From a virus, in the IMG/VR virus record IMGVR_UViG_3300027782_000058, positions 1 to 64,000 of that record: a stretch of 64,000 bases of DNA, one strand, 5' to 3'. Of this stretch, positions 54,101-63,484 are shown piece after piece; the first letter of the stretch is position 1; every line of letters starts with the position of its first letter. The translations under genes were made by a program, and so were the position numbers. The notes under the pieces are model-generated. The model searched no databases and had not been told where the DNA came from. It saw only the letters and a list, made by a program, of their open reading frames with translations.

Positions 54101-55690
54101 GGTGTCACTGCTTCCGGCAGCACTCCTGAGTACGGCTCTGCATTCTTCATCCCTCTGGTCATCCCTGAGCAGATGGAGTCTGGTGATGGACGGAAGTTCA
54201 CCAAGGACGCCATCGACATGCGTCAACTCCCTCTCCCCCTGCTGTGGCAGATCAAGACTGGAGCCGGGCACGACGGTTCGGTTGTGGTTGGAAAGATCAC
54301 GCACATGCAGCGGACTAAGGATGGCATCGGTCATGCCTTCGGCGTCTTCGACAACGGAGAGCATGGACGCGAGGCTGAGCGCCTTGTCCGTGGCGGCTTC
54401 ATTCGTGGTGTCTCCGCAGATCTGGACCGATTCGAGGCAAGTGAAGAACCTGAGGAAGCCTCAGGTGACGACTCCAAGAAGATCGGCTCAAGCAAGATCA
54501 ACATCACAAAGGCCCGCGTAATGGCCGTTACCCTTGTACCTAAGCCAGCATTCCAAGAATGCACGATTGAACTCATTCCAGACATGGCGCATAAGCAGCA
54601 GGAGGAAACCGTGGTACCTGACGGAGTGTATGTCGAGGATTCGGATGCCGCCGAGGCTTCCGCGCTGCTCGCTTGCGGAATGGTTGCCGGTGCGATTCCG
54701 GTAACTCCGCCGAAGGAGTGGTTCACCAACCCCGGACTGTCCAAGCCGACTCCCCTCACCGTTGATGAGGAGGGCCGAGTGTTCGGTCACATTGCCGCAT
54801 GGCATGTGGACCACATCGGCATGTCGTTCGGAACTCGTCCTCCCCGAAGCGCCAGCCAGTACGCCTACTTCCACACTGGAGTCATTCGTACTGAAGAGGG
54901 CTCAGACGTTCCGGTTGGTCAGTTGACACTGGCTGGAGGGCACGCCTCTCTGGAGGCAAGCGCCTCCGAGGCCGTTCGTCACTATGACGACACTGCCAGC
55001 GCCATCGCTGATGTCCACGCAGGCGAGGACAATCACGGCATCTGGGTAGCCGGAGCCCTGCGCCCCGGAACCACTCCCGAGCAGGTTCGTGCGCTGCGCG
55101 CTTCTGCCCCATCCGGTGACTGGCGTCCGATCAAGGGCAAGTTGGAACTGGTTGCCGTGTGTCAGGTCAATGTTCCCGGCTTCCCCGTCGCCCGCGCGCG
55201 TGTGGCGTCTGGTCAGGTTCTTGCTCTGGTTGCCGCTGGGGCAAACACTCTGGCGAAGATGAAGGGCGATCCGGTAGCCGAACTAGCCGCTCGGATCGAC
55301 AAATTGGAGCAGTTGGAGAAGGCTCCTCTGGTTGCTGCCGCTGAGGCTGCCAAGGCTCGCATCGCATCAGTCCGGGCTGCTGAACTGAGCGCCCGAGTGC
55401 ATGGCACCGGAGAGTTCGCAATCTCAGAGGAGACTCGGATGCGTCTGGCCGGGGAGGGCAAGGCTCTGCCTGACGGCTCCTACCCGATCCGCAACGTCTC
55501 TGACCTCAAGAATGCGATCAAGTCCTACGGGCGGGCCAACAAGAGCGACCGGGCCAAGGTCCGCAAGCACATCACGAAGCGGGCCAAGGCTCTGGGTCAT
55601 CCTGAACTGATCCCCGATGAGTGGACCGCTGCTTCCATTCTTGAGGCTCGCGTCGCCTCCGCCATGACGGAGGAGCCAAGTGCCGAGTAA
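51194..55690 (+). CDS. Capsid maturation protease polyprotein (1498 aa)
   Basis: ESGDGR..LPLPLLWQ..GHDGSVVVG..RGVSADLD..TLVPKPAF protease-like domain; second GRVFGH..SGDWR..VNVPGF domain; duplicated LRRYWT module; directly upstream of the capsid genes. Confidence 0.8.
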   Translation: MGYFGRSGDLALFVFDELGVVVDEGLNLVVEKGHLDALIASGDWNTDDSEYSKAAEDIAQASITDLDIHVFSSNDRLYTIPKSVQSEAKRALEWRKTHKRGGTPVGLNTARTLAEGGQIGIKKIRHIARYFPRHEVDKRGQGYKLGDKGFPSNGRIAWALWGGDAAQKWAATIVERDDKKKKSLTADGLPSEYFEPSSSRFDYFRMAENLPAEEAPEFMARVRLDGSGIDRIYMMDADGIVYIWDDGSWDDLGLFEQDIMSFDAFFDMPDDDVDTMYVPVDAEAAVKICALIDAEPFSPKNTSDFSSDEEMLMVHSALSEIDWDEVDRVLVAAGEAPAADAPADQPQGDGNYTPDERSKNASKQVRDATGKFSKSGSRVVVGNDTNSRGTITSINPDTQTVDVQLDNGNTVTVPGTATQGEDKFVDVSAENETNMTVPPSATAGILGQPRVPSNQPNARIPGMLPPLTGESISLLLNDWPAWVAAERELYRQTAPKTPPNIGPRQYNVPQRDNTGVDVRDPSTGGTRNVAWNPMQAPNAYNHPLLRDWLKGSDRHGHPNRGWYNPIVRRNVIEPRRYFSAEVLIAAGAEHPEVQEIKKPDPNAPKAKSGPDFTPETSDVPPMYMAIVAQDDPQAVMDLISLVPVNSQSSTPTIFRREPGEWVKDDAILADLNSPTPPPVVVLDNKNLASVVEQIDQALVASASYLLDRRLADLWISGADVMAIVAAGGVDRNRGNAEKLRRYWTVGEGGAKIRWGTGGDWKRCVRHLSKYLGPRAKGYCNLRHKEMLGIYPATHAKRLRENSMEQPLYMEVPDSDLQMPIEAIHAEEDKNFDHEWEPNEEVVWMLIELKDLDDDTFSLVAAGGLDRNRGNAEELRRYWTVGKGGAKIRWNTKGDWTRCTRHLAKYLGPRAKGYCALRHKEMTGMWTGDQAHRQMYGRKSFSTDFILPEQQIIENAALSAQIASAKARISGVTASGSTPEYGSAFFIPLVIPEQMESGDGRKFTKDAIDMRQLPLPLLWQIKTGAGHDGSVVVGKITHMQRTKDGIGHAFGVFDNGEHGREAERLVRGGFIRGVSADLDRFEASEEPEEASGDDSKKIGSSKINITKARVMAVTLVPKPAFQECTIELIPDMAHKQQEETVVPDGVYVEDSDAAEASALLACGMVAGAIPVTPPKEWFTNPGLSKPTPLTVDEEGRVFGHIAAWHVDHIGMSFGTRPPRSASQYAYFHTGVIRTEEGSDVPVGQLTLAGGHASLEASASEAVRHYDDTASAIADVHAGEDNHGIWVAGALRPGTTPEQVRALRASAPSGDWRPIKGKLELVAVCQVNVPGFPVARARVASGQVLALVAAGANTLAKMKGDPVAELAARIDKLEQLEKAPLVAAAEAAKARIASVRAAELSARVHGTGEFAISEETRMRLAGEGKALPDGSYPIRNVSDLKNAIKSYGRANKSDRAKVRKHITKRAKALGHPELIPDEWTAASILEARVASAMTEEPSAE

Positions 55691-56450
55691 CGACGCTCCT
55701 CTGGATGCTGACGCGATCCTTGCAAGCATGAGGGCGCGTATCAGCGAGTTTAACAAGACTGAGGACATTATCCAGTCGATCCCAGATGCGCCCAAGCCTG
55801 AGGATCTGATCAAGGCTGTAGAGAAGATCCAAAAGGTAGATGCTCCAACTCCTAAGAATCCTACAAATGTCAATAAAGATGGAGTTCCGGAGGGCACTGT
55901 TGTACCTGCCCCTGCTGAGAGAATGACCCCAGCAGAGGCGCTCAAGTACACCGCTGAGACACAGCCACGAGATGCTCGCGGGCGATTTCGTCAGGTGCTG
56001 GCACGGATCAAGCAGGATCTAGGAACGTCTGGAAATCAGGATGCACTTGCCAAGATCGCTCAGGTCGAGAACCTTGACTTTGCAGGAAACTACACAGGCG
56101 CTGTAGAGGCATCTGGTGATCTTCTAAGCATTATTGATCGTCTTGACTCTGGAGCGCTAAACGCAACTTCACTAGAGAATGTCCGATCTAGTGCTGCTGA
56201 ACTTGGAAAAGTAATTTCTAATCTTCCTTTTGCATTTGGAGACGACAACGCAAAGATTCGCTATAGCGATGTCCCTCCAGCGCTGAAGAGTCTCATGGAA
56301 GAGATGATCAAGCGGGTTGAGGGAAAGATTGGCAAGAAGGATTCTGCCAAGGCCACTACCACTCTTAGGGAGTTCAAGTCTGGCGGTCTGTACATGAATC
56401 AAGCGCAGATCTCAAGCGAAATGTCAACGCTCCTGCGTTTGCTCACATAG
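55680..56450 (+). CDS. Head-cluster hypothetical protein
   Basis: QPRDARGRF motif; lies between protease and capsid. Confidence 0.75.
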   Translation: MPSNDAPLDADAILASMRARISEFNKTEDIIQSIPDAPKPEDLIKAVEKIQKVDAPTPKNPTNVNKDGVPEGTVVPAPAERMTPAEALKYTAETQPRDARGRFRQVLARIKQDLGTSGNQDALAKIAQVENLDFAGNYTGAVEASGDLLSIIDRLDSGALNATSLENVRSSAAELGKVISNLPFAFGDDNAKIRYSDVPPALKSLMEEMIKRVEGKIGKKDSAKATTTLREFKSGGLYMNQAQISSEMSTLLRLLT

Positions 56451-56617
56451 AATCATTCAACTGCAACAGATAGACAACTAAATAGCCCACAAATAATGTA
56501 TCATTCAGTATCAGGTGGAGTGCCTCCGCACAGTTATGCGGCTGGAGTCCCTCAGCCTCGACTGATCATCGAATGGCGAACGCTCTGTTCGCCACTGACT
56601 GCCCCGGAGGAGGGACA

Positions 56618-58528
56618 GTGGACCGAATCAAGCAGATGATGGACTCACTGCCTGAACTTAGTGACGATCAGGTCACCGAACTTCAGAGTGAGATCATCAA
56701 CGAATTCGAAACGGTCGAGAAGGAAGAGCCGACTCCGCAGACAGTTGACGCGATGACTTCTCTTGCCGACATGCTCGACACAGTGCGTACCGAGGTCAAG
56801 CGCCGCGAGGCCGCTGCCGTCGAACTCGTTCAGGTTGCCGCAGAGGCTGCCTCTCGCGTTCACGGCTCGACCGAGGGCGAGGCCGAGACCGAGGCCGGTA
56901 ACATGACCGACGAGGTCGTGGAGGACACAGTCTCAGAGGTTGTTGAGACTCCCGCCGCCGAGGCCCCTGAGGGAGAGGCTCCTGCCGCTCCCGAGGAGAA
57001 GGCACCAGTCGAGGCTCCCGCCGAGGGAGACGAGTCAGAGGAAGAGAACATGGATGGTGAGGCCAAGAAGAAGGCCGCACCCGCCGAAGCGTCAGCCGAT
57101 GCAGAGAGTGCTGCTGAACTCTCGACCGAAGCCGCCCCAGAAGCCGAAGCCGCAGTCCTCGTTGAGGATGGGGCCGAGGCTGCTTCAGAAACATCAGACA
57201 ACACTGAGGCGCAGACCGCGCCAGAAACTATGGAGGCACCCGTGACCGCCGCTGCTGAGAATGCAGACCTCACCCCTGAGGTTCCGGCTGACCGCCGTCC
57301 CACCCCTGATTCATCGGCTGTCGTGGCGATCACGGCTGGCGCTGACATTCCGGGCTACACGGCTGGCAGCCCCTTGTCCGACATGACTGAGGTCTCCGAG
57401 GCGATGGTTCGTCGTCTCCACGGCCTCCGTAACATCAAGGGTGGTGACGGCGACCAGCACATCGTGGCCTCGCTCATCACCTCCTACCCGCAGGAGCGCA
57501 CGCTCACTGCTGACACCGAGTCGAACAACGCGAAGATCAAGGGTGTCGAAGCCCTTGTTGCTTCCGGTGGCCACTCGACCCCGTTCGAGGTCCGCTACGA
57601 CATCTTCGCGTTCGGTAGCACCGTTCGTCCGGTTCGGGACTCGCTTCCGCGATTCCAAGCCGACCGTGGCGGTATCCGCTACATCGTTCCCCCGGTTCTG
57701 TCGGACTACGACAACGCCGTTGGCGTCTGGACCGCTGCCAATGACGCAGCCACCAGCCCCAGCCCAGCGTCGAAGACCAGCCTCACCGTTGCTGCCGCTA
57801 CGGAGACGACCGTCGCAACCGACGCCGTCACCCTGCAGTTGCAGTTCGGTAACCTCGTGACCCGCGCCTACCCCGAGTTGGTTGCTCGTCACAACGAACT
57901 GGCCCTGATCCAGCACGCTCGTGAGGCTGAGCAGTACCTCATGAGCAAGATCGGCGCTGGCTCAACCGCCATCACGAGCACCAGCCTCATCGGTGTTGCT
58001 CGCGACTTCCTAGTTCAGGTTGGTCGTGCCAGTGCGGGCTACCGCTCGCGTCACCGTCTCGACCCTAATGCCCCACTTCGCGTTATTGCCCCCGCGTGGG
58101 TGAAGGACGCGATTCAGGCTGACCTTGCTCTGGCCATGCCCGGTGACGGCACCCTTGCCGCCTCCGAGGCCGAGATCGAGGGTTACCTTCGCGCTCGCAA
58201 CGTCCTGATCACTTGGACGATTGACGGCGACGTGTTTGGTGCTCAGAGCGCAGCCGCGATGGTTGAGTTCGGTGACACCTTCGTCTGGTACATTTTCGCC
58301 GAGGGCACCTTCCTGTTCCTCGACGGCGGTACGCTCGATGTCGGTATCATCCGTGACTCGACCCTCGTCGGCACGAACGACTACAAGATGTTCATCGAGA
58401 CCTTCGAGGGCATCGCAAAGGTTGGCGTGGAGTCGCTCAAGGTGACCTCAACCATCTCGGTGAACGGTGCGGCTGCTGCCCTCCGCGACACCACTGGTGG
58501 TGCCACCGCCGCTGCCATCGAACTGTAG
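56618..58528 (+). CDS. Major capsid protein with N-terminal scaffold/delta region
   Basis: GGAGG RBS with GTG 56618; acidic Ala/Glu/Pro N-terminal part; ALVASGG..P...YD, RPVRDSLPRF.A.RGG, GTFLFLDGGTLDVGIIRDS.L..NDY..F.E.FEG. Confidence 0.9.
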   Translation: MDRIKQMMDSLPELSDDQVTELQSEIINEFETVEKEEPTPQTVDAMTSLADMLDTVRTEVKRREAAAVELVQVAAEAASRVHGSTEGEAETEAGNMTDEVVEDTVSEVVETPAAEAPEGEAPAAPEEKAPVEAPAEGDESEEENMDGEAKKKAAPAEASADAESAAELSTEAAPEAEAAVLVEDGAEAASETSDNTEAQTAPETMEAPVTAAAENADLTPEVPADRRPTPDSSAVVAITAGADIPGYTAGSPLSDMTEVSEAMVRRLHGLRNIKGGDGDQHIVASLITSYPQERTLTADTESNNAKIKGVEALVASGGHSTPFEVRYDIFAFGSTVRPVRDSLPRFQADRGGIRYIVPPVLSDYDNAVGVWTAANDAATSPSPASKTSLTVAAATETTVATDAVTLQLQFGNLVTRAYPELVARHNELALIQHAREAEQYLMSKIGAGSTAITSTSLIGVARDFLVQVGRASAGYRSRHRLDPNAPLRVIAPAWVKDAIQADLALAMPGDGTLAASEAEIEGYLRARNVLITWTIDGDVFGAQSAAAMVEFGDTFVWYIFAEGTFLFLDGGTLDVGIIRDSTLVGTNDYKMFIETFEGIAKVGVESLKVTSTISVNGAAAALRDTTGGATAAAIEL

Positions 58529-58588
58529 GCAGTAAGCACTAAGCAGTCATCTGGCGGCGCTGAAGAGATCTGAAGGAGAGTAAGCGAA

Positions 58589-59677
58589 ATGGTGTTCAAG
58601 GGTATCTACCCAGCACTAGAACTTCGTCCTACCGAATTCGGACTCTTCAGCGCCGCACAGGTGTCTGAGAGCAAGGTTCCAGACGAGCAGTGGGTTCGCG
58701 GGTTTTCATTCGAGTTTGATTCTCGCCCCACGCTTCGACTTGTTCAGCAAAATGGAACCGTCTCAAAGACAATGTTTGATGGCACTGGGCTTGCTCGATT
58801 CTTAGAAGTAGAGTCTTTCTACATCGAAGTCGAGGACTACCACTCAACGTTTGCCGCTAATAACGAAGATCGATTCGCCCGCGTCCTCAAGCAACTCAAC
58901 GCCGCTACGCAGAAGGGCGTTGAGGCTGAGTTGATGAACGGGTATACCGCCCGAGGCGAGAACAACACCAACAACTACTTGGCCATGAGTGGTGTTACGA
59001 CGATGGCATCAGCCACTCCGGGCACGGCGGTAAGTGTTGCCACCGGGCTAGCAATGCTTGAGTACGCCTTGGCTGCCTCTCCCACAGGGGAGCAGGGGCT
59101 CATCCACCTGACCCGAGACGTTGCTGCAGCCCTTGGCTCCCAGTGGCTTCTCATGCGCGTCGAAGATGACCCCGGACATTTCCACATTGAGACCATGAAT
59201 GGGACTACTACTTCTATTGGCTCCGGATACACCGGAGATGGTCCCATTGCTCGTGTCAGTTTCAAGCGTCGTACTGGCGGAAACTTGGCGCATATAACGA
59301 CCACAACTCCTCACTACCTATCAGTGGGAGATACCGTTCAGGTTTCAGGTGTTGATTCCACGTTTAATGGCAGTTTCACTGTTTCTGCTATAACAAATAG
59401 CACTGAGTTTGACTACGCAAGTACGGGCACCAACGTCAGTACTACTGCTGTATCACCATATGGCAGTGCTCAGATGCTTGGATCTAATACAACCAAGTGG
59501 ATCTATTCAAGTTCCAATGTTGGTGTTCTACTAGGAGAGTCTACTGTTGTCAATGACAACATCGCTCAGGGCTATGACGTAACCGCCAACCAGAACAACC
59601 TTCGGATCAAGGCTGTGCGACCGGCTGCGATCTACTTTGATCCTTCAATGACGTACGCCGTTAAAGTCACTGTCTAG
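58589..59677 (+). CDS. Virion structural protein (head/neck) with inserted beta-rich domain
   Basis: Follows the capsid gene; GLFSAA, GLIHL, GSGY motifs; TTPH.L.VGDTV..SGV...FNG insert. Confidence 0.7.
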   Translation: MVFKGIYPALELRPTEFGLFSAAQVSESKVPDEQWVRGFSFEFDSRPTLRLVQQNGTVSKTMFDGTGLARFLEVESFYIEVEDYHSTFAANNEDRFARVLKQLNAATQKGVEAELMNGYTARGENNTNNYLAMSGVTTMASATPGTAVSVATGLAMLEYALAASPTGEQGLIHLTRDVAAALGSQWLLMRVEDDPGHFHIETMNGTTTSIGSGYTGDGPIARVSFKRRTGGNLAHITTTTPHYLSVGDTVQVSGVDSTFNGSFTVSAITNSTEFDYASTGTNVSTTAVSPYGSAQMLGSNTTKWIYSSSNVGVLLGESTVVNDNIAQGYDVTANQNNLRIKAVRPAAIYFDPSMTYAVKVTV

Positions 59678-59728
59678 TAGTTCTTGTAGAATAAGCCCTA
59701 CGAGAGCGTCACCTAAGGAGAAATACGA

Positions 59729-60961
59729 ATGGCTACTCAGGACTACGCGGCGAGCGTTCAGGGCGTGTCCATCCGGGTCACCCGGCTCGACGCCGCAGGA
59801 AACCTGCTCACTGGGGTCATGGACTCCTACACTACCTCCGCCTTCATGCGCGTGTCGTTTACCCCTGAGTACGAAGAGGGCGACGAAATCACGGAGAAGT
59901 CGGCCAACGGTGTCATCTGCGTCTCGTACAAGGCTCCCGACACCCTCAAGCGCATCACGATGGAACTTGCCATCTGTGAGCCTGACCCCGAGATGACCAG
60001 CCTAATCTCAGGCGGTCTGCTCCTCCGCAAGACGGTGAGCAGCGTTGAAACCAGTGTTGGTTGGGCTGCCCCCGGCGTCGGTGACGACCCTGCAGGCAAT
60101 GGTGTTTGCGTCGAGGTGTGGTCGTTCGCCGTCAAGGACGGCAAGCGCGCTGCCACTCTTCCCTACTTCTACTGGGTCTTCCCCTACGTCCGTCTACGCC
60201 AGTCTGGCGACCGCGTCATTGAGAACGGCATGCTCGCGAGCACCTTCGAGGGCTACGGTCTTGGAAACGCCGCATTCGGCATCGGTCCGGATGGCCGCTG
60301 GGAGTGGCCAGTCGCTGCAGAGCGTCCCTACTCCTACGCTCGCACTTCATGGGCACCCACCGGCCTCAAGGGCTTCTACCAGTGGTACCCAGTATCGACT
60401 GCCACAGTCACCACCAAGGCTCTTGCAACTGACATCGCCACCATCACTACTTCGGCTTCCCACGGCTTCCTTACCGGGCAGACCGTCACAGTGGCAAGCC
60501 TTGGTAGTCCGTTTGATGGTACCTACACCATCAACTCGACCACGACCAACACCTTCACCTACAGCAAGGTTGGCGCAACCGTGACCAGCACTGCCACTAC
60601 TGGAACCGCAACTCGCGGCCCCGGCTACAGCGCGGTGTCCAGTCTCACTGCTGGCACCACCCTCGCGAATGTCTCGAACAAGGCTCTCACGAGCAACGTG
60701 GCAACCATCACTACATCGGCTGCACACAACTTCACCGTTGGTCGGGATATCTACGTCACTGGAGTCGGAAGCCCGTTCGATGGCTCCTACGCCGTCGCGA
60801 GTGTTCCTACTGCAACTACTCTTACCTACACCCGAGTTGCGGACAACGTCACGTCCACCACGTCAACAGGTACGATTCAGGACGCCTTCAACGTCCCCGG
60901 AAGCATCAACTACAATGCGGATCTGGCTATCGACACCATCGTCGGCTCGACTGCAGGCTAG
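59729..60961 (+). CDS. Major tail (tube) protein with two C-terminal decoration repeats
   Basis: IRVTRLD..G, PEYEEGDEI..K.A.G..C, C.PDP, YFYWVFP, F.G; Thr-rich repeats. Confidence 0.85.
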   Translation: MATQDYAASVQGVSIRVTRLDAAGNLLTGVMDSYTTSAFMRVSFTPEYEEGDEITEKSANGVICVSYKAPDTLKRITMELAICEPDPEMTSLISGGLLLRKTVSSVETSVGWAAPGVGDDPAGNGVCVEVWSFAVKDGKRAATLPYFYWVFPYVRLRQSGDRVIENGMLASTFEGYGLGNAAFGIGPDGRWEWPVAAERPYSYARTSWAPTGLKGFYQWYPVSTATVTTKALATDIATITTSASHGFLTGQTVTVASLGSPFDGTYTINSTTTNTFTYSKVGATVTSTATTGTATRGPGYSAVSSLTAGTTLANVSNKALTSNVATITTSAAHNFTVGRDIYVTGVGSPFDGSYAVASVPTATTLTYTRVADNVTSTTSTGTIQDAFNVPGSINYNADLAIDTIVGSTAG

Positions 60962-61044
60962 TCAACATTCTGAGAACGAGCGGCGTGCGCGCGTGTGTGA
61001 ACACGTCGCACGCCGCTCGTATCAGTTAGAAGCGAGGAGAAGTC

Positions 61045-62181
61045 ATGACGAACCTCTGGGTGAACGTCGAAGACCTCGGCGTCTATGCCACGTCTGACTA
61101 CGCCTACGACGCTGTCAAGACATCCTCATATATGCTTTGGGCCATGTCTGGGCGCAAGTTCAATGGAACTTCGACTGTAACCGAGAGGTATGTCGCCCCC
61201 GTCCGTGGCTTTCGAAATGCTTCTGGTCAACGGTTCAGTTATTTTCCAACTCTTGTCAACGGAGAAATTGTCAATCTTCAGAACACATCTGACACGGACT
61301 TTTCTGATGGGTTCTTCTATAACGAAAACTCGACTCGATTTCGAGTGCGCCTTCGTGGGCGCAGGGTCATCAAGATCCACACCCTGCGTGACTGGAACGG
61401 GACCATCATTCCAGAGACCCAGTACTACCTTGCGGATCACTCGCAGATTCAAGCAGCCCCTAATGCTCAGTGGTCTACCTCTAACGTCGAAGTGACCTAT
61501 ACCTACGGAACCCCGCCTCCCTTTGCTGGGAAGGCTGCAGCCAAGATGCTTGCTATCGAACTTGTCAAGATGTATGAAGGCGACGAGTCATGCTCTCTTC
61601 CTCAGCGTGTGACTAGCGTTGCTCGTCAGGGCGTGAGTTACACAGTCCTAGACTCGCAAGACTTCATCGCAGACATGAGAACTGGTGTATACGCCATTGA
61701 CTTGTTCCTTAAGGCTGCCAACCCAGACAATGCTCGCACACGATCTCGTGTCTTCTCTCCTGACCTGCCTCGTGGTCGTCGTCAGATCCCACGGGACAAG
61801 GTTCTCGCTACGTCTCTCTATGACCTTGCAGTGAAGAAAACTGGTGGGTCCATTGAGATCCCGATGCTAGACATCGATGCTGACGAGATCTTTGCAAATA
61901 ATCAATGGACATACTCAGTAGTTGTATCAAACTGGCCGGGTACTATCACTGGGACACTTGCAACTGCGCCAGTTATCGACCAAGTTGGAGACACTGTCAC
62001 GATCTCAGCGGCGTATCTTGAGACCAAAACTATCCTTGTGCTTCGTGACCCCGGAACATATACCCTTTACGCGAGTAGGCCAAGCCTCGCCAATCCAGCA
62101 ATTCCCGAGGTTGTCGAGTTGTATTCGGGTAACATTGAGATTCAGTTGGCCGAGCCGGTCGAAGCAATCTACACGCCGTGA
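61045..62181 (+). CDS. Head-to-tail adaptor
   Basis: A...S..LWAMSGRKF; YTYG..PP; C.LPQRVTSVARQGVS; TG..AIDLFL..ANP. Confidence 0.75.
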   Translation: MTNLWVNVEDLGVYATSDYAYDAVKTSSYMLWAMSGRKFNGTSTVTERYVAPVRGFRNASGQRFSYFPTLVNGEIVNLQNTSDTDFSDGFFYNENSTRFRVRLRGRRVIKIHTLRDWNGTIIPETQYYLADHSQIQAAPNAQWSTSNVEVTYTYGTPPPFAGKAAAKMLAIELVKMYEGDESCSLPQRVTSVARQGVSYTVLDSQDFIADMRTGVYAIDLFLKAANPDNARTRSRVFSPDLPRGRRQIPRDKVLATSLYDLAVKKTGGSIEIPMLDIDADEIFANNQWTYSVVVSNWPGTITGTLATAPVIDQVGDTVTISAAYLETKTILVLRDPGTYTLYASRPSLANPAIPEVVELYSGNIEIQLAEPVEAIYTP

Positions 62182-62186
62182 GGTGA

Positions 62187-62693
62187 ATGATGCCATTAGA
62201 CAACATTGCTGGTATTGACGAAGACGCTTACCATTTAGCAGATCATCTCCAGAACGTACTGGACAAGGTAGTCCAGACATATCAGTCGTATAGCATGCCC
62301 ATTCCAGATCGTCAGTACTGGACCGTTGGTCAGCCTGTCGTGGACTGCGAGCAGATCGTAGTCACGTTCATGCAGATGTACATCGGATCTCCCGGCGATG
62401 AGGCAGTCGAGCCTCGTCGATGCTCTGATCCTCGAAGCGCCACGATCAACATCTTGGTGTCTCGATGTATCCCCGTAGTTGGGCCGGGTGGCCGAGCACC
62501 ATCTGCGGAGCGTATTCAAAATGGCTCTCTTATGGCTGCGTATGACGCATGGATCCTATTAGAGAGTGTTCGACTTCTCGACACATGGGATCAGACCTCG
62601 TACGGACTCGGTGTAATTGCAACCGTAGAGACTCCACCCGCTGAGGGTGGCTTCCAGTCCGTAATGCTCACAATGACATCGGCGGTGCCGTAA
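62187..62693 (+). CDS. Neck/tail-terminator-like protein
   Basis: DCEQIVV..RC.P..EGG motif; synteny. Confidence 0.6.
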   Translation: MMPLDNIAGIDEDAYHLADHLQNVLDKVVQTYQSYSMPIPDRQYWTVGQPVVDCEQIVVTFMQMYIGSPGDEAVEPRRCSDPRSATINILVSRCIPVVGPGGRAPSAERIQNGSLMAAYDAWILLESVRLLDTWDQTSYGLGVIATVETPPAEGGFQSVMLTMTSAVP

Positions 62694-63073
62694 TGGCTAA
62701 TGTAACGTTCTATCCTTCTATGGACTATATGCTGACCAATCCAAATGGAGATGTTGGTAAGTACCTATCTAGTAGAGGAAAACTTGTCACTGCGCTGGCC
62801 AAACGTCAAGTAGGAGTTCGGACTGGAGCACTTAGGGCTTCTATCCATATGAGGCATCTTCGAGACAGCCGTGGTCAATACCTATGGATTGGGTCAGAAC
62901 TGAATTACGCCCTGCTCCATCATGAGGGTAGTAGGCCCCACATGATCACTCCTAATAGGGCAAAGATGCTGAAGTTCCAGTCCAGAGGCAGGACTGTATT
63001 TGCTCATGTCGTCATGCACCCCGGAACCAAGGCTAACAAGTACTTGAGCGACAACCTTAAGTACGTCTTCTAA
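62693..63073 (+). CDS. Neck protein (HK97 gp10-like)
   Basis: VRTGALRASI..YALLHHEG.RPH.I.P..V.HPGT. Confidence 0.75.
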   Translation: MANVTFYPSMDYMLTNPNGDVGKYLSSRGKLVTALAKRQVGVRTGALRASIHMRHLRDSRGQYLWIGSELNYALLHHEGSRPHMITPNRAKMLKFQSRGRTVFAHVVMHPGTKANKYLSDNLKYVF

Positions 63074-63139
63074 GACTACAAATTGATACACTAACTCAGT
63101 ACCGACGTACCTACACCTACATCACAGACTGGATAAAGA

Positions 63140-63484
63140 ATGACTAGATTCAAGGACTTTGGCGCAGGAGATGTTGACAAGACTCCTCTTTCTTTCAAGT
63201 TGTACGAAGAAGAGTTTCACTGCCGTCCCGCTATTCAGGGTTCGGCTCTACTCAAGATGGTCTCAGATTCGGAGTCTGATGATGGCGCTACGGTAGCCAA
63301 CATCATCACTACCTTCTTCTCCAAGACCCTTCAGCCAGAAAGTTACGAGCGCTTTGAGGTTCTTCTTGAAGATCCTGACAGAATCGTCACAGTCGAGACT
63401 CTTGGTGAAATCACGGCTTGGCTGGTGGAGGCGTACACGGACCGCCCTACTCAGGAGCCCGCGCCCTCCTCGAATGGGCAATAG
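63140..63484 (+). CDS. Tail assembly chaperone
   Basis: Position before the tape measure; ITAWLVEAYTDRPT C-terminus. Confidence 0.75.
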   Translation: MTRFKDFGAGDVDKTPLSFKLYEEEFHCRPAIQGSALLKMVSDSESDDGATVANIITTFFSKTLQPESYERFEVLLEDPDRIVTVETLGEITAWLVEAYTDRPTQEPAPSSNGQ

